DNA of 64,000 nt from Burkholderiales bacterium. Its GTDB lineage: Bacteria > Pseudomonadota > Gammaproteobacteria > Burkholderiales > SG8-41. Positions 31,583-41,310 of the stretch are shown one piece after another. The stretch covers positions 1,040 to 65,039 of the forward strand of contig JBKBXX010000001.1 of the NCBI GenBank assembly GCA_046313915.1, in the 5' to 3' direction. The number at the start of each line of letters is the position of its first letter. Position 1 is the first letter of the stretch. The notes under the pieces were generated by a model. The model had not been told where the DNA came from. It saw only the letters and a program-made list of their open reading frames with translations, and did not search any database. The position numbers and the translations under genes were made by a program.

Positions 31583-32485
31583 ATGGCGACGACGGTAACC
31601 AAGGATACGCCGCTCGGTTTTATCGGTCTGGGAGTGATGGGCGCGGCGATGGCGCGCAATCTGCTCAAGGCCGGTTTTCCGCTCACCGTGCACAATCGCA
31701 GCCACGGCAAGGTCGAGGAGCTGGTGCGCGCCGGCGCGCGCGCTGGCGGATCGCCGGCGGGTGTGGCGCGGGCCTCGGAGGTGGTGCTGATCTGCGTTCC
31801 GGATACGCCGGATGTCGAGCAGGTGTTGTTTGGTGAGGACGGTCTGGCCGACGGCCTGAAACGGGATGCGGTGGTCATAGACTGCAGCACGATTTCCGCA
31901 ACGGCCACGGTCGCCTTTGCGGCGCGCCTCAAGGAGCGCGGCGTGCATCTGCTGGATTCGCCGGTGAGCGGCGGACCCAAGGGCGCGCACGAGGGCACGC
32001 TGTCGTGCATGATCGGCGGCGAAGCGCAGATCGTGGCGCGCTGCATGCCGGTGTTCGAGGCGATCGGCAAGACTTTCACCCATGTCGGCGCGAGTGGCGC
32101 GGGGCAGGCGTGCAAGTCGTGCAACCAGCTGGTGATCGTCGGCACGCTGATGGCGATTTCGGAAGCGTTTGCGCTCGCCCGCAAAATGGGCATAGACCCC
32201 CACAAGGTGCGCGAGGCGCTGCTGGGCGGCGCAGCGCAGAGCTTCGTGCTGCAGAATCACGGCAAACGCCTGCTCGACAACACGCTCGCGCCGGGGTTTC
32301 GTGCCGAACTGATGCTGAAGGATATCAGGCTCGCGATGGGCGCGGGACGCGATAGCGGGACTTTCATGCCGGTCACGGCGCTCGGTGCCCAGATGTTCGC
32401 GGCGCTGTGCAATTCGGGACGCGAAGGGCTCGACAACGCCGCGCTCGGCCTGCTGTTCGAGGAATTGTCGGGGGTGAGGAAGTGA
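31583..32485 (+). CDS. NAD(P)-dependent 3-hydroxyacid dehydrogenase (3-hydroxyisobutyrate / tartronate-semialdehyde reductase family)
   Basis: LGFIGLGVMGAAMARNL, DSPVSGGPKGAHEGTLSCMIGG, GAGQACKSCNQ. Confidence 0.88.
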   Translation: MATTVTKDTPLGFIGLGVMGAAMARNLLKAGFPLTVHNRSHGKVEELVRAGARAGGSPAGVARASEVVLICVPDTPDVEQVLFGEDGLADGLKRDAVVIDCSTISATATVAFAARLKERGVHLLDSPVSGGPKGAHEGTLSCMIGGEAQIVARCMPVFEAIGKTFTHVGASGAGQACKSCNQLVIVGTLMAISEAFALARKMGIDPHKVREALLGGAAQSFVLQNHGKRLLDNTLAPGFRAELMLKDIRLAMGAGRDSGTFMPVTALGAQMFAALCNSGREGLDNAALGLLFEELSGVRK

Positions 32486-32739
32486 CTGTACGCGAACGGG
32501 AATTCCGTGGCACCCTTGCCGCAGCGCGGTTCCGCACCGACATCAAGAACCTTGATCAAGGTCAAAGCCGGGTATCGGCAATCCCCTATAATGCCGCTCC
32601 AGCCAGCCCAATATGCCTGCGACAAGTGACGACAATGGCAGGGAAGGAAAACAAGGCAACGAACCCCGGCGTACCGGCGCGGAAAGGGGTTCCACGCTGA
32701 ATTGACTCAGATCAAGGCGCAAGGGCTTCACGGCCGCCT

Positions 32740-32748
32740 TGGTATAAT
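32740..32748 (+). promoter_or_regulatory. extended -10 promoter element (TGgTATAAT) upstream of pntA
   Basis: A perfect TATAAT at 32743-32748 preceded by TGn, 42 nt upstream of the pntA ATG. No convincing -35 element. Confidence 0.3.
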
Positions 32749-32789
32749 CGATTGTCATCATCAAGCGATTTAATCGAGAAGGGGAATTC

Positions 32790-34385
32790 ATGCCTCAGGT
32801 CATTGGTGTGCCAAAAGAGACGGCGGCGGACGAAAAGCGCGTTGCCACGGTTCCCGAAGTCGTCGAGAAACTCATCAAACTCGGTTTCAAGGTCCAGGTG
32901 CAGTCGGGCGCCGGAGATGCGGCGAATTTCAGCGACGAGGCCTACCGTGCCGCCGGCGCCGGAGTCATCCCCGACGCCGCGCAGTTATGGGCGTCTTCAG
33001 ACATCGTTTTCAAGGTGCGCCCGCCGACCGCTGAAGAAGTGGGCCTCATGCATGAGGGTCAGACGCTGATCGGCTTCATTTGGCCGGCGCAGAATCCCGA
33101 CCTGATGCAGCAGCTTGCCGCGCGCAAGGTCACCGTGCTCGCCATGGACTCGTTGCCGCGCCAGCTCTCCCGCGCGCAGAAAATGGATGCGCTGACTTCG
33201 ATGGCGAGCATCAGCGGCTATCGCGCGGTGATCGAGGCTGCCAATGCCTTCGGCCGCTACTTCAACGGCCAGGTGACTGCCGCGGGCAAGATTCCGCCGG
33301 CCAAGGTGTTCATTGCCGGCGCGGGCGTGGCGGGGCTTGCTGCAATCGGTACCGCCGCCAACCTCGGCGCGATCGTGCGCGCGAACGACACCCGCGCCGA
33401 AGTGGCCGACCAGGTGAAATCCCTGGGCGGTGAATTCGTGAAGGTCGATTACGAGGAAGAGGGCTCGGGGGGAGGCGGCTACGCCAAGGTGATGAGCGAG
33501 GGCTTCCAGCAGGCCCAGCGCGAGATGTACGCGAGGGAGGTGAAGGACGCGGACATCGTCATCACCACCGCGCTGATCCCGGGCAAGCCGGCGCCCCGGC
33601 TGATCACTGCCGAAATGGTGCAATCGATGAGGCCCGGCAGTGTCATCGTTGACATGGCGGCCGAGCAGGGCGGCAACTGCGAGCTGACCGAGCCGGGCAA
33701 GGCGGTGGTGAAGCACGGCGTCACGATCATCGGCTATACCGATCTCGCGAGCCGGCTGGCGAAGCAGTCTTCGACCCTGTATGCCACCAACCTGCTCCGT
33801 CTCACCGAGGAGCTCTGCAAGACCAAGGACGGTCTCATCAACGTCAACATGGAAGACGATGCCATCCGCGGCCTGACGGTCATCAAGGATGGCGCGATCA
33901 CCTGGCCGCCGCCGCCGCTCAAGCTGCCCGCCCCGCCCGCGCCCAAACCGGTTGCGGCGCCGGCGCCTGCCGCGAAAAGCGGTGGCCACGGTCACGACGG
34001 CGGCGGAGCGCCGGCCTCGGCCAAGGCGACGGCGATCGTGTTCCTGGCCGGCGCAGCGATCTTCTGGTTCATCGGCGCGAACGCGCCCCAAGCATTCGTG
34101 CAGCACTTCACCGTGTTCGTGCTCGCGTGTTTCGTCGGTTACATGGTGATCTGGAACGTGACGCCGGCGCTGCACACGCCGCTCATGAGCGTGACCAACG
34201 CGATCAGCAGCATCATTGCGATCGGTGCGCTGGTGCAGGTCGCGCCGCCGAACGTCGCCCAGTTCGCCGATCGCCCGGCCAGCTGGATCGTCGGCCTGGC
34301 CGTGGTGAGCATCGCGCTCGTCGCGATCAACATGTTCGGCGGCTTCGCCGTGACCCAGCGCATGCTGGAAATGTTCCGCAAGTAA
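32790..34385 (+). CDS. pntA: NAD(P) transhydrogenase alpha subunit (with C-terminal membrane domain)
   Basis: [36 protein letters not shown], four C-terminal TM helices, 531 aa. Confidence 0.95.
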   Translation: MPQVIGVPKETAADEKRVATVPEVVEKLIKLGFKVQVQSGAGDAANFSDEAYRAAGAGVIPDAAQLWASSDIVFKVRPPTAEEVGLMHEGQTLIGFIWPAQNPDLMQQLAARKVTVLAMDSLPRQLSRAQKMDALTSMASISGYRAVIEAANAFGRYFNGQVTAAGKIPPAKVFIAGAGVAGLAAIGTAANLGAIVRANDTRAEVADQVKSLGGEFVKVDYEEEGSGGGGYAKVMSEGFQQAQREMYAREVKDADIVITTALIPGKPAPRLITAEMVQSMRPGSVIVDMAAEQGGNCELTEPGKAVVKHGVTIIGYTDLASRLAKQSSTLYATNLLRLTEELCKTKDGLINVNMEDDAIRGLTVIKDGAITWPPPPLKLPAPPAPKPVAAPAPAAKSGGHGHDGGGAPASAKATAIVFLAGAAIFWFIGANAPQAFVQHFTVFVLACFVGYMVIWNVTPALHTPLMSVTNAISSIIAIGALVQVAPPNVAQFADRPASWIVGLAVVSIALVAINMFGGFAVTQRMLEMFRK

Positions 34386-34398
34386 AGGAGACGGAGCC

Positions 34399-35838
34399 AT
34401 GTCCGCAACACTCGCAACTGTCTCCTACGTCGGAGCCACGATCCTCTTCATCCTGAGCCTCGGGGGGCTGTCGAATCCCGAGACCTCTCGCCGCGGCAAC
34501 CTCTACGGCATCATCGGCATGACGATTGCCGTGCTTGCGACGGTGTTCGGCCCCAGTGTCACCCCGGCCGGCATTCCGTACATCGTCGGCGCGCTGGTCA
34601 TGGGCGCGGCGGTCGGGCTGTACGCCGCGCGCAAGGTGAAGATGACGCAGATGCCCGAGCTCGTCGCACTGATGCACAGCCTCGTGGGTCTCGCCGCGGT
34701 CCTGATCGGCTTCGCGAACTACATCGATCCGGCCACGGCTTTCCACCTCACCGATGGCAAGAGCGTGCCCCTTACCAGTGCCGAGAAGACGGTCCACGAG
34801 CTCGAGATCTATATCGGAATCCTGATCGGTGCAGTGACGTTCTCGGGTTCGATCATCGCGTTCGGCAAGCTTTCGGCCAAGATCAGCGGCAAGCCCGTGC
34901 TGCTGCCGGCCCGCCACTGGATCAACCTGATCGGCCTGCTGGTCGTGATCTGGTACGGCCGCGAATTCATCAACGCACCTTCGATCAGCGAAGGCATGAC
35001 GCCACTCATCGTCATGACGGTGATCTCGCTGCTCTTCGGCATCCACATGGTGATGGCGATCGGCGGCGCCGACATGCCGGTGGTGATCTCGATGCTGAAC
35101 AGCTATTCCGGATGGGCCGCGGCGGCCACCGGCTTCATGCTGAGCAATGACCTGTTGATCGTCACCGGCGCGCTGGTCGGTTCAAGCGGCGCGATTCTTT
35201 CCTACATCATGTGCCGTGCGATGAACCGCCATTTCCTGTCTGTGATCGCGGGCGGCTTCGGCACCGAGGCCGGAGCGCCGGCAGCAGCCGGTGGCGTGCA
35301 GCCCGCGGGCGAAGTGAACCCGGTCAGCGCCGCGGAGACGGCTGAGCTGCTGCGCGAGGCCAAGAGCGTGATCATCGTCCCCGGTTACGGCATGGCGGTC
35401 GCGCAGGCGCAGCATTCGGTCTACGAACTCACCAAGTACTTGCGTGAGAAAGGGGTCAATGTGCGCTTTGGCATCCATCCCGTCGCCGGCCGCATGCCCG
35501 GTCACATGAACGTACTGCTCGCCGAGGCCAAGGTGCCGTATGACATCGTGCTCGAAATGGATGAGATCAACGGTGACTTCCCCGACACCGACGTCGCCAT
35601 GGTGATCGGCGCCAACGATATCGTGAATCCGGCAGCGCAGGACGATCCGACCAGTCCGATCGCCGGCATGCCGGTGCTCGAAGTCTGGAAAGCCAAGACC
35701 TCGATCGTGATGAAGCGCAGCATGGCTTCGGGCTATGCGGGTGTCGACAACCCGCTTTTCTACAAGGAAAACACTCGCATGCTGTTCGGCGATGCCAAGA
35801 AGATGCTGGACGAGGTGCTGGTGGCGCTGAAAACCTGA
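34399..35838 (+). CDS. pntB: NAD(P) transhydrogenase beta subunit
   Basis: An N-terminal polytopic domain, then [33 protein letters not shown] and [10 protein letters not shown]. An SD (AAGGAGA) precedes the ATG. Confidence 0.95.
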   Translation: MSATLATVSYVGATILFILSLGGLSNPETSRRGNLYGIIGMTIAVLATVFGPSVTPAGIPYIVGALVMGAAVGLYAARKVKMTQMPELVALMHSLVGLAAVLIGFANYIDPATAFHLTDGKSVPLTSAEKTVHELEIYIGILIGAVTFSGSIIAFGKLSAKISGKPVLLPARHWINLIGLLVVIWYGREFINAPSISEGMTPLIVMTVISLLFGIHMVMAIGGADMPVVISMLNSYSGWAAAATGFMLSNDLLIVTGALVGSSGAILSYIMCRAMNRHFLSVIAGGFGTEAGAPAAAGGVQPAGEVNPVSAAETAELLREAKSVIIVPGYGMAVAQAQHSVYELTKYLREKGVNVRFGIHPVAGRMPGHMNVLLAEAKVPYDIVLEMDEINGDFPDTDVAMVIGANDIVNPAAQDDPTSPIAGMPVLEVWKAKTSIVMKRSMASGYAGVDNPLFYKENTRMLFGDAKKMLDEVLVALKT

Positions 35839-35859
35839 ACGGTGCCGGTCGCAAGAAAG

Positions 35860-35894
35860 CGGTCGCGTCTTTCGGGCGCGGCCGTTTTTTATTT
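35860..35894 (+). terminator. rho-independent terminator after pntB (shared with convergent hsp20)
   Basis: CGGTCGCG, a 9-nt loop, then CGCGGCCG, followed by TTTTTTATTT. Confidence 0.7.
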
Positions 35895-35938
35895 GACGGG
35901 GATGCGACCCTGCAGCCGGGCGAGGCACGCCGAGCAAG

Positions 35939-36436
35939 TCATTTGACCGTGATGCGGCGTGGTTCGATGGAGAGAGTCTTGGGCAGTGTGATGATGAGCA
36001 CGCCGTCTTTGAACTTGGCCGAGGCGTGCCCGGCGTCGACGTTATGGGGCAGGACAATCGCGCGCTGGAAGCTGCCGTACGCGCACTGCCGCAGATGGAA
36101 CGAGCCGCCGAGATGCTCGTGATCGTAATGTTTCTCGCCCTGGATGTAGAGCGTGGTGTCGTCGACCACAATTTCGCAGTCTTCCTTGGCCACGCCGGGC
36201 AGTTCCAGCCGCACCACGATCGCGTCTTCCATGTCGATGACGTCGCTGCTGACCAGTCCCCACAGCGGAGCGGCGGGAGAGGTTGCCGCAGCCGATCGTT
36301 TCTCCTTGTGCGCGAAGCGGGTGAGGGCATTGCTGCTATGGGTGAGCAGCTCGCGCCAGCCTTCCGACAGGCTGTCCCAGGCATGCGCGAGTTCGTCGCT
36401 GATTTCTTTGCCGAATTTATGTATGGATTCGAGCAT
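35939..36436 (-). CDS. Hsp20/alpha-crystallin family small heat-shock protein
   Basis: IDMEDAIVVRLELPGVAKEDCEIVVDDTTLYIQGEK...GSFQRAIVLPHNVDAGHASAKFKDGVLIITLPK. The start is trimmed to MLESIH with an AAGGAG SD. Confidence 0.85.
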   Translation of the reverse strand: MLESIHKFGKEISDELAHAWDSLSEGWRELLTHSSNALTRFAHKEKRSAAATSPAAPLWGLVSSDVIDMEDAIVVRLELPGVAKEDCEIVVDDTTLYIQGEKHYDHEHLGGSFHLRQCAYGSFQRAIVLPHNVDAGHASAKFKDGVLIITLPKTLSIEPRRITVK

Positions 36437-36536
36437 GAAAGCTCCTTGTCCCGACCGTGCCCGGTTTTCGTCATTTTCGCGGATAGCGGCGGCGATTACA
36501 ACAACCGCACGCACGGCGCCCGATCCGGGCGCGTGA

Positions 36537-37346
36537 TCAGTCCGTCGTGAAAGTGAAACGGGCAGGCGCAATGCGGCGGAACACGATATCGCCGTAGTAG
36601 GCGTGCACGTTTTCTCCAGTATTGTCGGTATCGGTCATGATGCCGACCGCGGTGATTTTTCCCGGCTCCTCGCCGAAGGCGCGTCTGTAATCTTCGTGGA
36701 TGTTGCGAACGACTTGCTGCCATTGTCCGACCTTGTCGCGCCCCGATTCGGCGACGATCATCTTGATGCGCGAGGTGTGCGGGCTGGGGATGATGGTGTT
36801 TTTGGGGGCGCGGTTTTCCCAGATGTACATGAGCGTCGCGTAAGGCAGCTGCTGTCCGGTCAGCAGCCGGACGTTGTCGAAAAACATGCGGTCGTCGAGC
36901 GGCAGGCGGTCGATGTCGCCGTCGAAGCTCACCATCACGCGGACCGGGGAGTCCTCGGCGTGTTTCTTGGTATTGTCGGCGCTCGCGATGAGCGCAGTGG
37001 TCTTCCATTGCCATTGCAGCAGCGGGTAGTGGCGCGGATCGAGCCTGAGAGCGTGCGCCAGACCCGAGGCCGAGGCCTGAGCATGCGCCTTGATCACGGT
37101 CCTGCCGGCGTCGTCGACCAGGCTGTATTGCGTCGATTTCTTGAATCTGGAAAGCGTCCAGGGCTGCCAGCCGCCGGGCGCGGCTGCAGCCGACGGATTG
37201 TCGGAGAAACTTTTGACATAAGGCAGGACGACCGCCTCCGTAGCCGAAACCGGTGGTGGCGAAGGCTCGGGCGCGGGTGGAACGCCGGCGCAGCCGGCGG
37301 CGAGCGCCAGCGCGAGCATGAAAACGGGATTTTTCCCGGTGTACAT
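36537..37346 (-). CDS. DUF3047-like lipoprotein
   Basis: Lipobox LALAAGC after MYTGKNPVFM. The body (WQPWTLSRFKKSTQYSLV...SASGL...LLQWQWK...DSPVRVMVSFDGD) resembles the DUF3047 family as I remember it. Confidence 0.7.
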   Translation of the reverse strand: MYTGKNPVFMLALALAAGCAGVPPAPEPSPPPVSATEAVVLPYVKSFSDNPSAAAAPGGWQPWTLSRFKKSTQYSLVDDAGRTVIKAHAQASASGLAHALRLDPRHYPLLQWQWKTTALIASADNTKKHAEDSPVRVMVSFDGDIDRLPLDDRMFFDNVRLLTGQQLPYATLMYIWENRAPKNTIIPSPHTSRIKMIVAESGRDKVGQWQQVVRNIHEDYRRAFGEEPGKITAVGIMTDTDNTGENVHAYYGDIVFRRIAPARFTFTTD

Positions 37347-37427
37347 GTTTTGCGTTACGTCGCCACGCCGCGGAACTTGAGCGCGAGATCCGGGCGGCAA
37401 ATCATCCGACGGTCGGCGGCGCCCAGG

Positions 37428-38756
37428 TTATTGATATAACACCAATTGATCGCGTGCGAGCGGCGGGTTCTTGGCGAAATAGCGTTTGATGCCGCCGAAA
37501 ATGGCTTCGGCCATCCTGTCCTGATAGGCATCGTCTTTGAGTCTTTTCTCTTCTTCGGGATTGCTGATGAAAGCGGTCTCGACCAGGATCGACGGAATGT
37601 CAGGCGCTTTCAGCACGGCAAATCCTGCCTGCTCGACGTGGGGTTTGTGGAGCGTGTTGATTTCGCCCAGTTCCGAGAGCACGGCCTTGGCGAGCTTGAG
37701 GCTGTCGTTGATGGTCGCGGTCTGTGACAGGTCGAGCAACGTCTGCTTGAGATAGGGATCGGGCACGTCGAGATTGACGCCGCCGATGAGGTCGGCCTCG
37801 TTCTCGCGCTTGGCGAGCCAGCGTGCCGCCGCCGAAGTCGCGCCGCGCTCGGACAGCGCGAACACCGAAGAGCCGCGCGCGTGCGGCTTGATGAAAGCGT
37901 CGGCGTGGACCGAGACGAACAGATCGGCATTCACGCGCCGCGCTTTGGCCACGCGCATGTGCAGGGGGATGAAATAATCGCCGTCGCGGATCAGCACCGC
38001 GCGCATATCGGGTTCCTGGTCGACGCGTGCCTTGAGCTTGCGCGCAATCGCAAGGGTCACATCCTTTTCATAGGTGCCCCGCCGGCCGCGGGCGCCCGGG
38101 TCTTCGCCACCGTGGCCGGCGTCGATCGCGACGATCAGCAGCCGCGCCGCATCGGCGCGCAGTTTGCGGGGAGGGTCGTCGCGCGTCATCGCGGCGGTGC
38201 GAGGAGGGGCGGGCTGAAGTGCTGCCGGCTCGGGGGGGCGGGCTGCTGCCGGCTCTGCCGGGGGCGAAGGCTGCGACTGGTGTTTGTCGAGGAAAGCGAG
38301 CAGCGGATCGGGCGGTTCGAGCGGATAGATGTCGAGTACCAGGCGGTGGCCGTAATCGCCGACCGGCGCCAGCGTGAAAGCCTGGGGCCTCACCTTGGCC
38401 TTGAGGTCGAAAACCAGGCGCACGGTGCCGGGCTTGAAGCGACCGACGCGCAGCGATCGCACGTAGGGATCGTGGGTGCCAATTTTGTCGGCGAGTCCGT
38501 TCAAGGCTGCGCCGAGGTCGACATCGTCGAGGTCGAGCACCAGCCGCTCGGGATTTTCGAGGCCGAACAGCCTGTGCGGGATCGGTGTCCGCGATTCGAG
38601 CGTGATACGGGTGTAGTCGGTTGCCGGCCACACGCGGCTGGAGGTGATCGCGATATCGGCGGCGCGGACCGGAATGATGCCGGCGGCGAATGCCAGCGCG
38701 AGGCCGAGGAAGCGCAGCAGCCGCATGGCCCGAGGCGCACGCCGCGAAACGGCCAT
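37428..38756 (-). CDS. amiC: N-acetylmuramoyl-L-alanine amidase (AmiC/AmiB type with N-terminal AMIN domain)
   Basis: VAIDAGHGGEDPGA, DLFVSVHADA and ETAFISNPEEE. The start is trimmed to MAVSRRAPRAMRLL (ATG 38754-38756) so that it does not overlap tsaE. Confidence 0.88.
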   Translation of the reverse strand: MAVSRRAPRAMRLLRFLGLALAFAAGIIPVRAADIAITSSRVWPATDYTRITLESRTPIPHRLFGLENPERLVLDLDDVDLGAALNGLADKIGTHDPYVRSLRVGRFKPGTVRLVFDLKAKVRPQAFTLAPVGDYGHRLVLDIYPLEPPDPLLAFLDKHQSQPSPPAEPAAARPPEPAALQPAPPRTAAMTRDDPPRKLRADAARLLIVAIDAGHGGEDPGARGRRGTYEKDVTLAIARKLKARVDQEPDMRAVLIRDGDYFIPLHMRVAKARRVNADLFVSVHADAFIKPHARGSSVFALSERGATSAAARWLAKRENEADLIGGVNLDVPDPYLKQTLLDLSQTATINDSLKLAKAVLSELGEINTLHKPHVEQAGFAVLKAPDIPSILVETAFISNPEEEKRLKDDAYQDRMAEAIFGGIKRYFAKNPPLARDQLVLYQ

Positions 38757-38776
38757 CGCGGCAGAATGGCGCAGCG

Positions 38777-39259
38777 CTAATGCTTGAGACGCTCTATACA
38801 AAGTCTGCCCGCCTCCGTTTCGGCGAAGATCCCGATGCGCCTGCCCGGACCGTCGACTTGCATCTGGATCTTCACGTCCGCCGCCGGCAACTCGGCGGCG
38901 GCTTTCTCCGGCCATTCCACGAGACACACCGAATCGGGATTGAAGTATTCCCGGAAGCCCGCTTCACCCAATTCCCGCGGATCATTGAACCGATAAAAAT
39001 CAAAGTGATACAAGTATAACCTAGAAAATTCGTAAACTTCAACCAGGGTGTAGGTCGGACTTTTGACTCTGCCGCGGTAACCCAGGCCGCGCAGCAGGCC
39101 GCGGGCGAGGGTGGTTTTGCCGGCGCCCAGCTCGCCCGACAGGTAAATCACCATCCCGGGACGGATCGCGGCAGCGAGTTCGGCACCCAGCGCGAGCGTA
39201 TCGGCTTCGGTCGCCAGATAGCGGCTGACAGCGGGTGGTTTATGATGCGGGGTATGCAA
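38777..39259 (-). CDS. tsaE: tRNA threonylcarbamoyladenosine biosynthesis ATPase TsaE
   Basis: YLSGELGAGKTTLARGLLRGLG, VKSPTYTLVEVY and HFDFYR. The true start may be the GTG at 39229, which would remove the apparent 5' overlap with queG. Confidence 0.88.
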   Translation of the reverse strand: MHTPHHKPPAVSRYLATEADTLALGAELAAAIRPGMVIYLSGELGAGKTTLARGLLRGLGYRGRVKSPTYTLVEVYEFSRLYLYHFDFYRFNDPRELGEAGFREYFNPDSVCLVEWPEKAAAELPAADVKIQMQVDGPGRRIGIFAETEAGRLCIERLKH

Positions 39260-40369
39260 GAAAGTCTCGTCCGGCGGTCACAGCCTATCGATTTTGCCGC
39301 GCTCGCGCGCGACATCAAGCAATGGGGAAAGCAGCTCGGCTTTCAGGAAGTCGGCGTCGCCGGCTGCGATCTTGCCGCAGCCGAGGCGCGTCTCGCGGAG
39401 TGGCTCGATAAAGGCTGGCACGGCGACATGGATTATATGGCAAAGCACGGCGCAAAACGCAGCCGGCCGGCGGAACTGGTGCCGGGAACGCTGTGCGTGA
39501 TCACCGCGCGCATGAATTATGCGCCGCCCGCCGTCCGCGACAGCCGGGCCGTGATCGGCGCGCCGGACAAGGCTTTCGTTTCGCGTTATGCGCTGGGGCG
39601 CGATTATCACAAGGTGCTGCGGCGCCGGCTGCAGCAGCTCGCCGAGCGCATCACGCAGGCGGTAGGCGAGTTCCGCTACCGGGCGTTCACCGACAGTGCG
39701 CCGGTGATGGAAGTGGAACTGGCGCAGAAAGCCGGCCTCGGCTGGCGCGGCAAGCACACACTGCTGCTCTCGCGCGAGTCCGGGTCATACTTTTTCCTCG
39801 GCGAGATCTACACCGATCTGCCGCTGCCGGTCGATTCCCCGCTGGAAAACCATTGCGGCACTTGCCAGAAATGCCTCGACGTGTGTCCGACGCAGGCGAT
39901 CGTCGCGCCTTACCAGCTCGATGCGCGACGCTGCATTTCCTATCTCACCATCGAACTCAAAGGCAGCATTCCCGAGCCGCTGCGGCCGCTGATCGGCAAC
40001 CGCGTCTACGGCTGCGACGATTGCCAGCTCGCGTGTCCGTGGAACAGGTTTGCGCAGGCGAGCGGCGAGGCCGATTTCACCGCGCGCAACGGACTCGACG
40101 GCGCGACGCTGGTCGAGCTGTTCGGCTGGAGCGAGGCGGAATTCCATGCCAAATTGCTGGGCAGCGCGATCCACCGCATCGGCCACGAGCGCTGGCTGCG
40201 CAATCTGGCGGTGGGGATGGGGAATGCATTGGACGCGCTGGGCGATGCGCCGGCAGCGGCGGCCATCGTCGCCGCGCTCGAGGCGCGCGCCGATCATCCC
40301 TCGGCGCTGGTGCGCGAGCACGTGGCGTGGGCGCTGGGGTGCTCCGGCAGGAATGCTTGTCGTTTATAA
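39254..40369 (+). CDS. queG: epoxyqueuosine reductase
   Basis: WHGDMDYMAKHGAKRSRP, CGTCQKCLDVCPTQAI and CDDCQLACPWN (two 4Fe-4S motifs). The start is set at MQESLV; the upstream ATG at 39242 is also possible. Confidence 0.92.
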   Translation: MQESLVRRSQPIDFAALARDIKQWGKQLGFQEVGVAGCDLAAAEARLAEWLDKGWHGDMDYMAKHGAKRSRPAELVPGTLCVITARMNYAPPAVRDSRAVIGAPDKAFVSRYALGRDYHKVLRRRLQQLAERITQAVGEFRYRAFTDSAPVMEVELAQKAGLGWRGKHTLLLSRESGSYFFLGEIYTDLPLPVDSPLENHCGTCQKCLDVCPTQAIVAPYQLDARRCISYLTIELKGSIPEPLRPLIGNRVYGCDDCQLACPWNRFAQASGEADFTARNGLDGATLVELFGWSEAEFHAKLLGSAIHRIGHERWLRNLAVGMGNALDALGDAPAAAAIVAALEARADHPSALVREHVAWALGCSGRNACRL

Positions 40370-40379
40370 TATATTGATA
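40367..40379 (-). promoter_or_regulatory. IHF core consensus match (TATCAATATATTA) in an AT-rich islet
   Basis: An exact match to WATCAANNNNTTR on the minus strand, overlapping the queG stop codon. Confidence 0.3.
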
Positions 40380-40503
40380 TATAATGATTTTTTAATGAAC
40401 GTCGGACCGTGCGCCGAGCTGCTCGGCGCGGTGGCGGAAAGAGCCTCAAGCCGGCGGCCGAACATGCCGTAACGTGGCTGAGGGTCAAATCACCGGAATC
40501 GAA

Positions 40504-41265
40504 ATGAAAAAGCTGGAAGGCAAGGTGGCGCTGATTACCGGGGCATCGCACGGCTTGGGCAGCGTCACGGCCAAAATGTTTGCGGCGGCCGGCGCGAGCG
40601 TCTATCTGGTGGCCGACAGCACGCGCGAGGAACTCGCCGAAGTGGTCGCGGAATGCCTGGAAGCGGGCGCGCCGCGCGCCGAATACGGCATTTTCGACAT
40701 GGCGGGATCGGCGGTGCCGCGGCGCGTCTGTGATGCCGCGCTGCATACGATGGGAAGCATAGACGTGCTGGTGAGCAATGCCAGCGTGCGCGTGCGCAGG
40801 CGTTTCGGCGAATTCACGGATTCGGATTTCGAAAGACTGGTCGCCGTCAATCTACATGCGCCTTTCATGCTGGCGCAGGCGGTGAGCCAGGTGATGCGTG
40901 AACGCGGCGGCGGACGCATCATATTTGTCGCGAGCCAGCTGGGTTGCGTCGCCACGCCCGGCGCGGCGCTCTACGGCATGGGCAAGGCGGCGCTGATCCA
41001 TCTCGCCAAGTCGATGGCGCTGGAGCTGGCGACCGAAGGCATCATGGTGAACGCGGTGAGCCCCGGGCCGGTCGACACCGAATCGAAAAGCGAAATCTGG
41101 GTCATGGAGCCCGATCTTCCCGAGCAACGCCTGAACGACGTTCCCATGAAGCGTTTTGCCAGACCCGAGGAAGTCGCGGAGGCGATCCTGTTTCTCGCTT
41201 CAACCGAGGCGGAATACATCACCGGCCATAACCTGGTGATCGACGGCGGTTACCTTTCTAAATAA
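40504..41265 (+). CDS. SDR-family oxidoreductase
   Basis: LEGKVALITGASHGLG, NASV, and YGMGKAA (YxxxK). Confidence 0.88.
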   Translation: MKKLEGKVALITGASHGLGSVTAKMFAAAGASVYLVADSTREELAEVVAECLEAGAPRAEYGIFDMAGSAVPRRVCDAALHTMGSIDVLVSNASVRVRRRFGEFTDSDFERLVAVNLHAPFMLAQAVSQVMRERGGGRIIFVASQLGCVATPGAALYGMGKAALIHLAKSMALELATEGIMVNAVSPGPVDTESKSEIWVMEPDLPEQRLNDVPMKRFARPEEVAEAILFLASTEAEYITGHNLVIDGGYLSK

Positions 41266-41275
41266 ATTTATTTAA

Positions 41276-41288
41276 AATCAATAAGTTA
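41276..41288 (+). promoter_or_regulatory. IHF core consensus match (AATCAATAAGTTA) in an AT-rich islet
   Basis: An exact match to WATCAANNNNTTR between the convergent SDR and dehalogenase genes. The flanking AAATTTATTTAAAATCAATAAGTT is nearly identical to the reverse complement of 63241-63263. Confidence 0.35.
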
Positions 41289-41310
41289 TATTTATAGACG
41301 CGAGCCGTTT

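Noticed and set aside
36437-36536. A possible sigma-32 heat-shock promoter upstream of hsp20 (GTTGTAA-13 nt-CCGCGAAAAT on the minus strand).
   Set aside because: The -10 part matches the CCCCATnT consensus too poorly to support a call from sequence alone.
39242-39259. An apparent head-to-head overlap of the tsaE and queG coding starts.
   Set aside because: It is probably an artefact of choosing the longest ORFs. A GTG at 39229 for tsaE and the ATG at 39254 for queG give family-typical N-termini without overlap.
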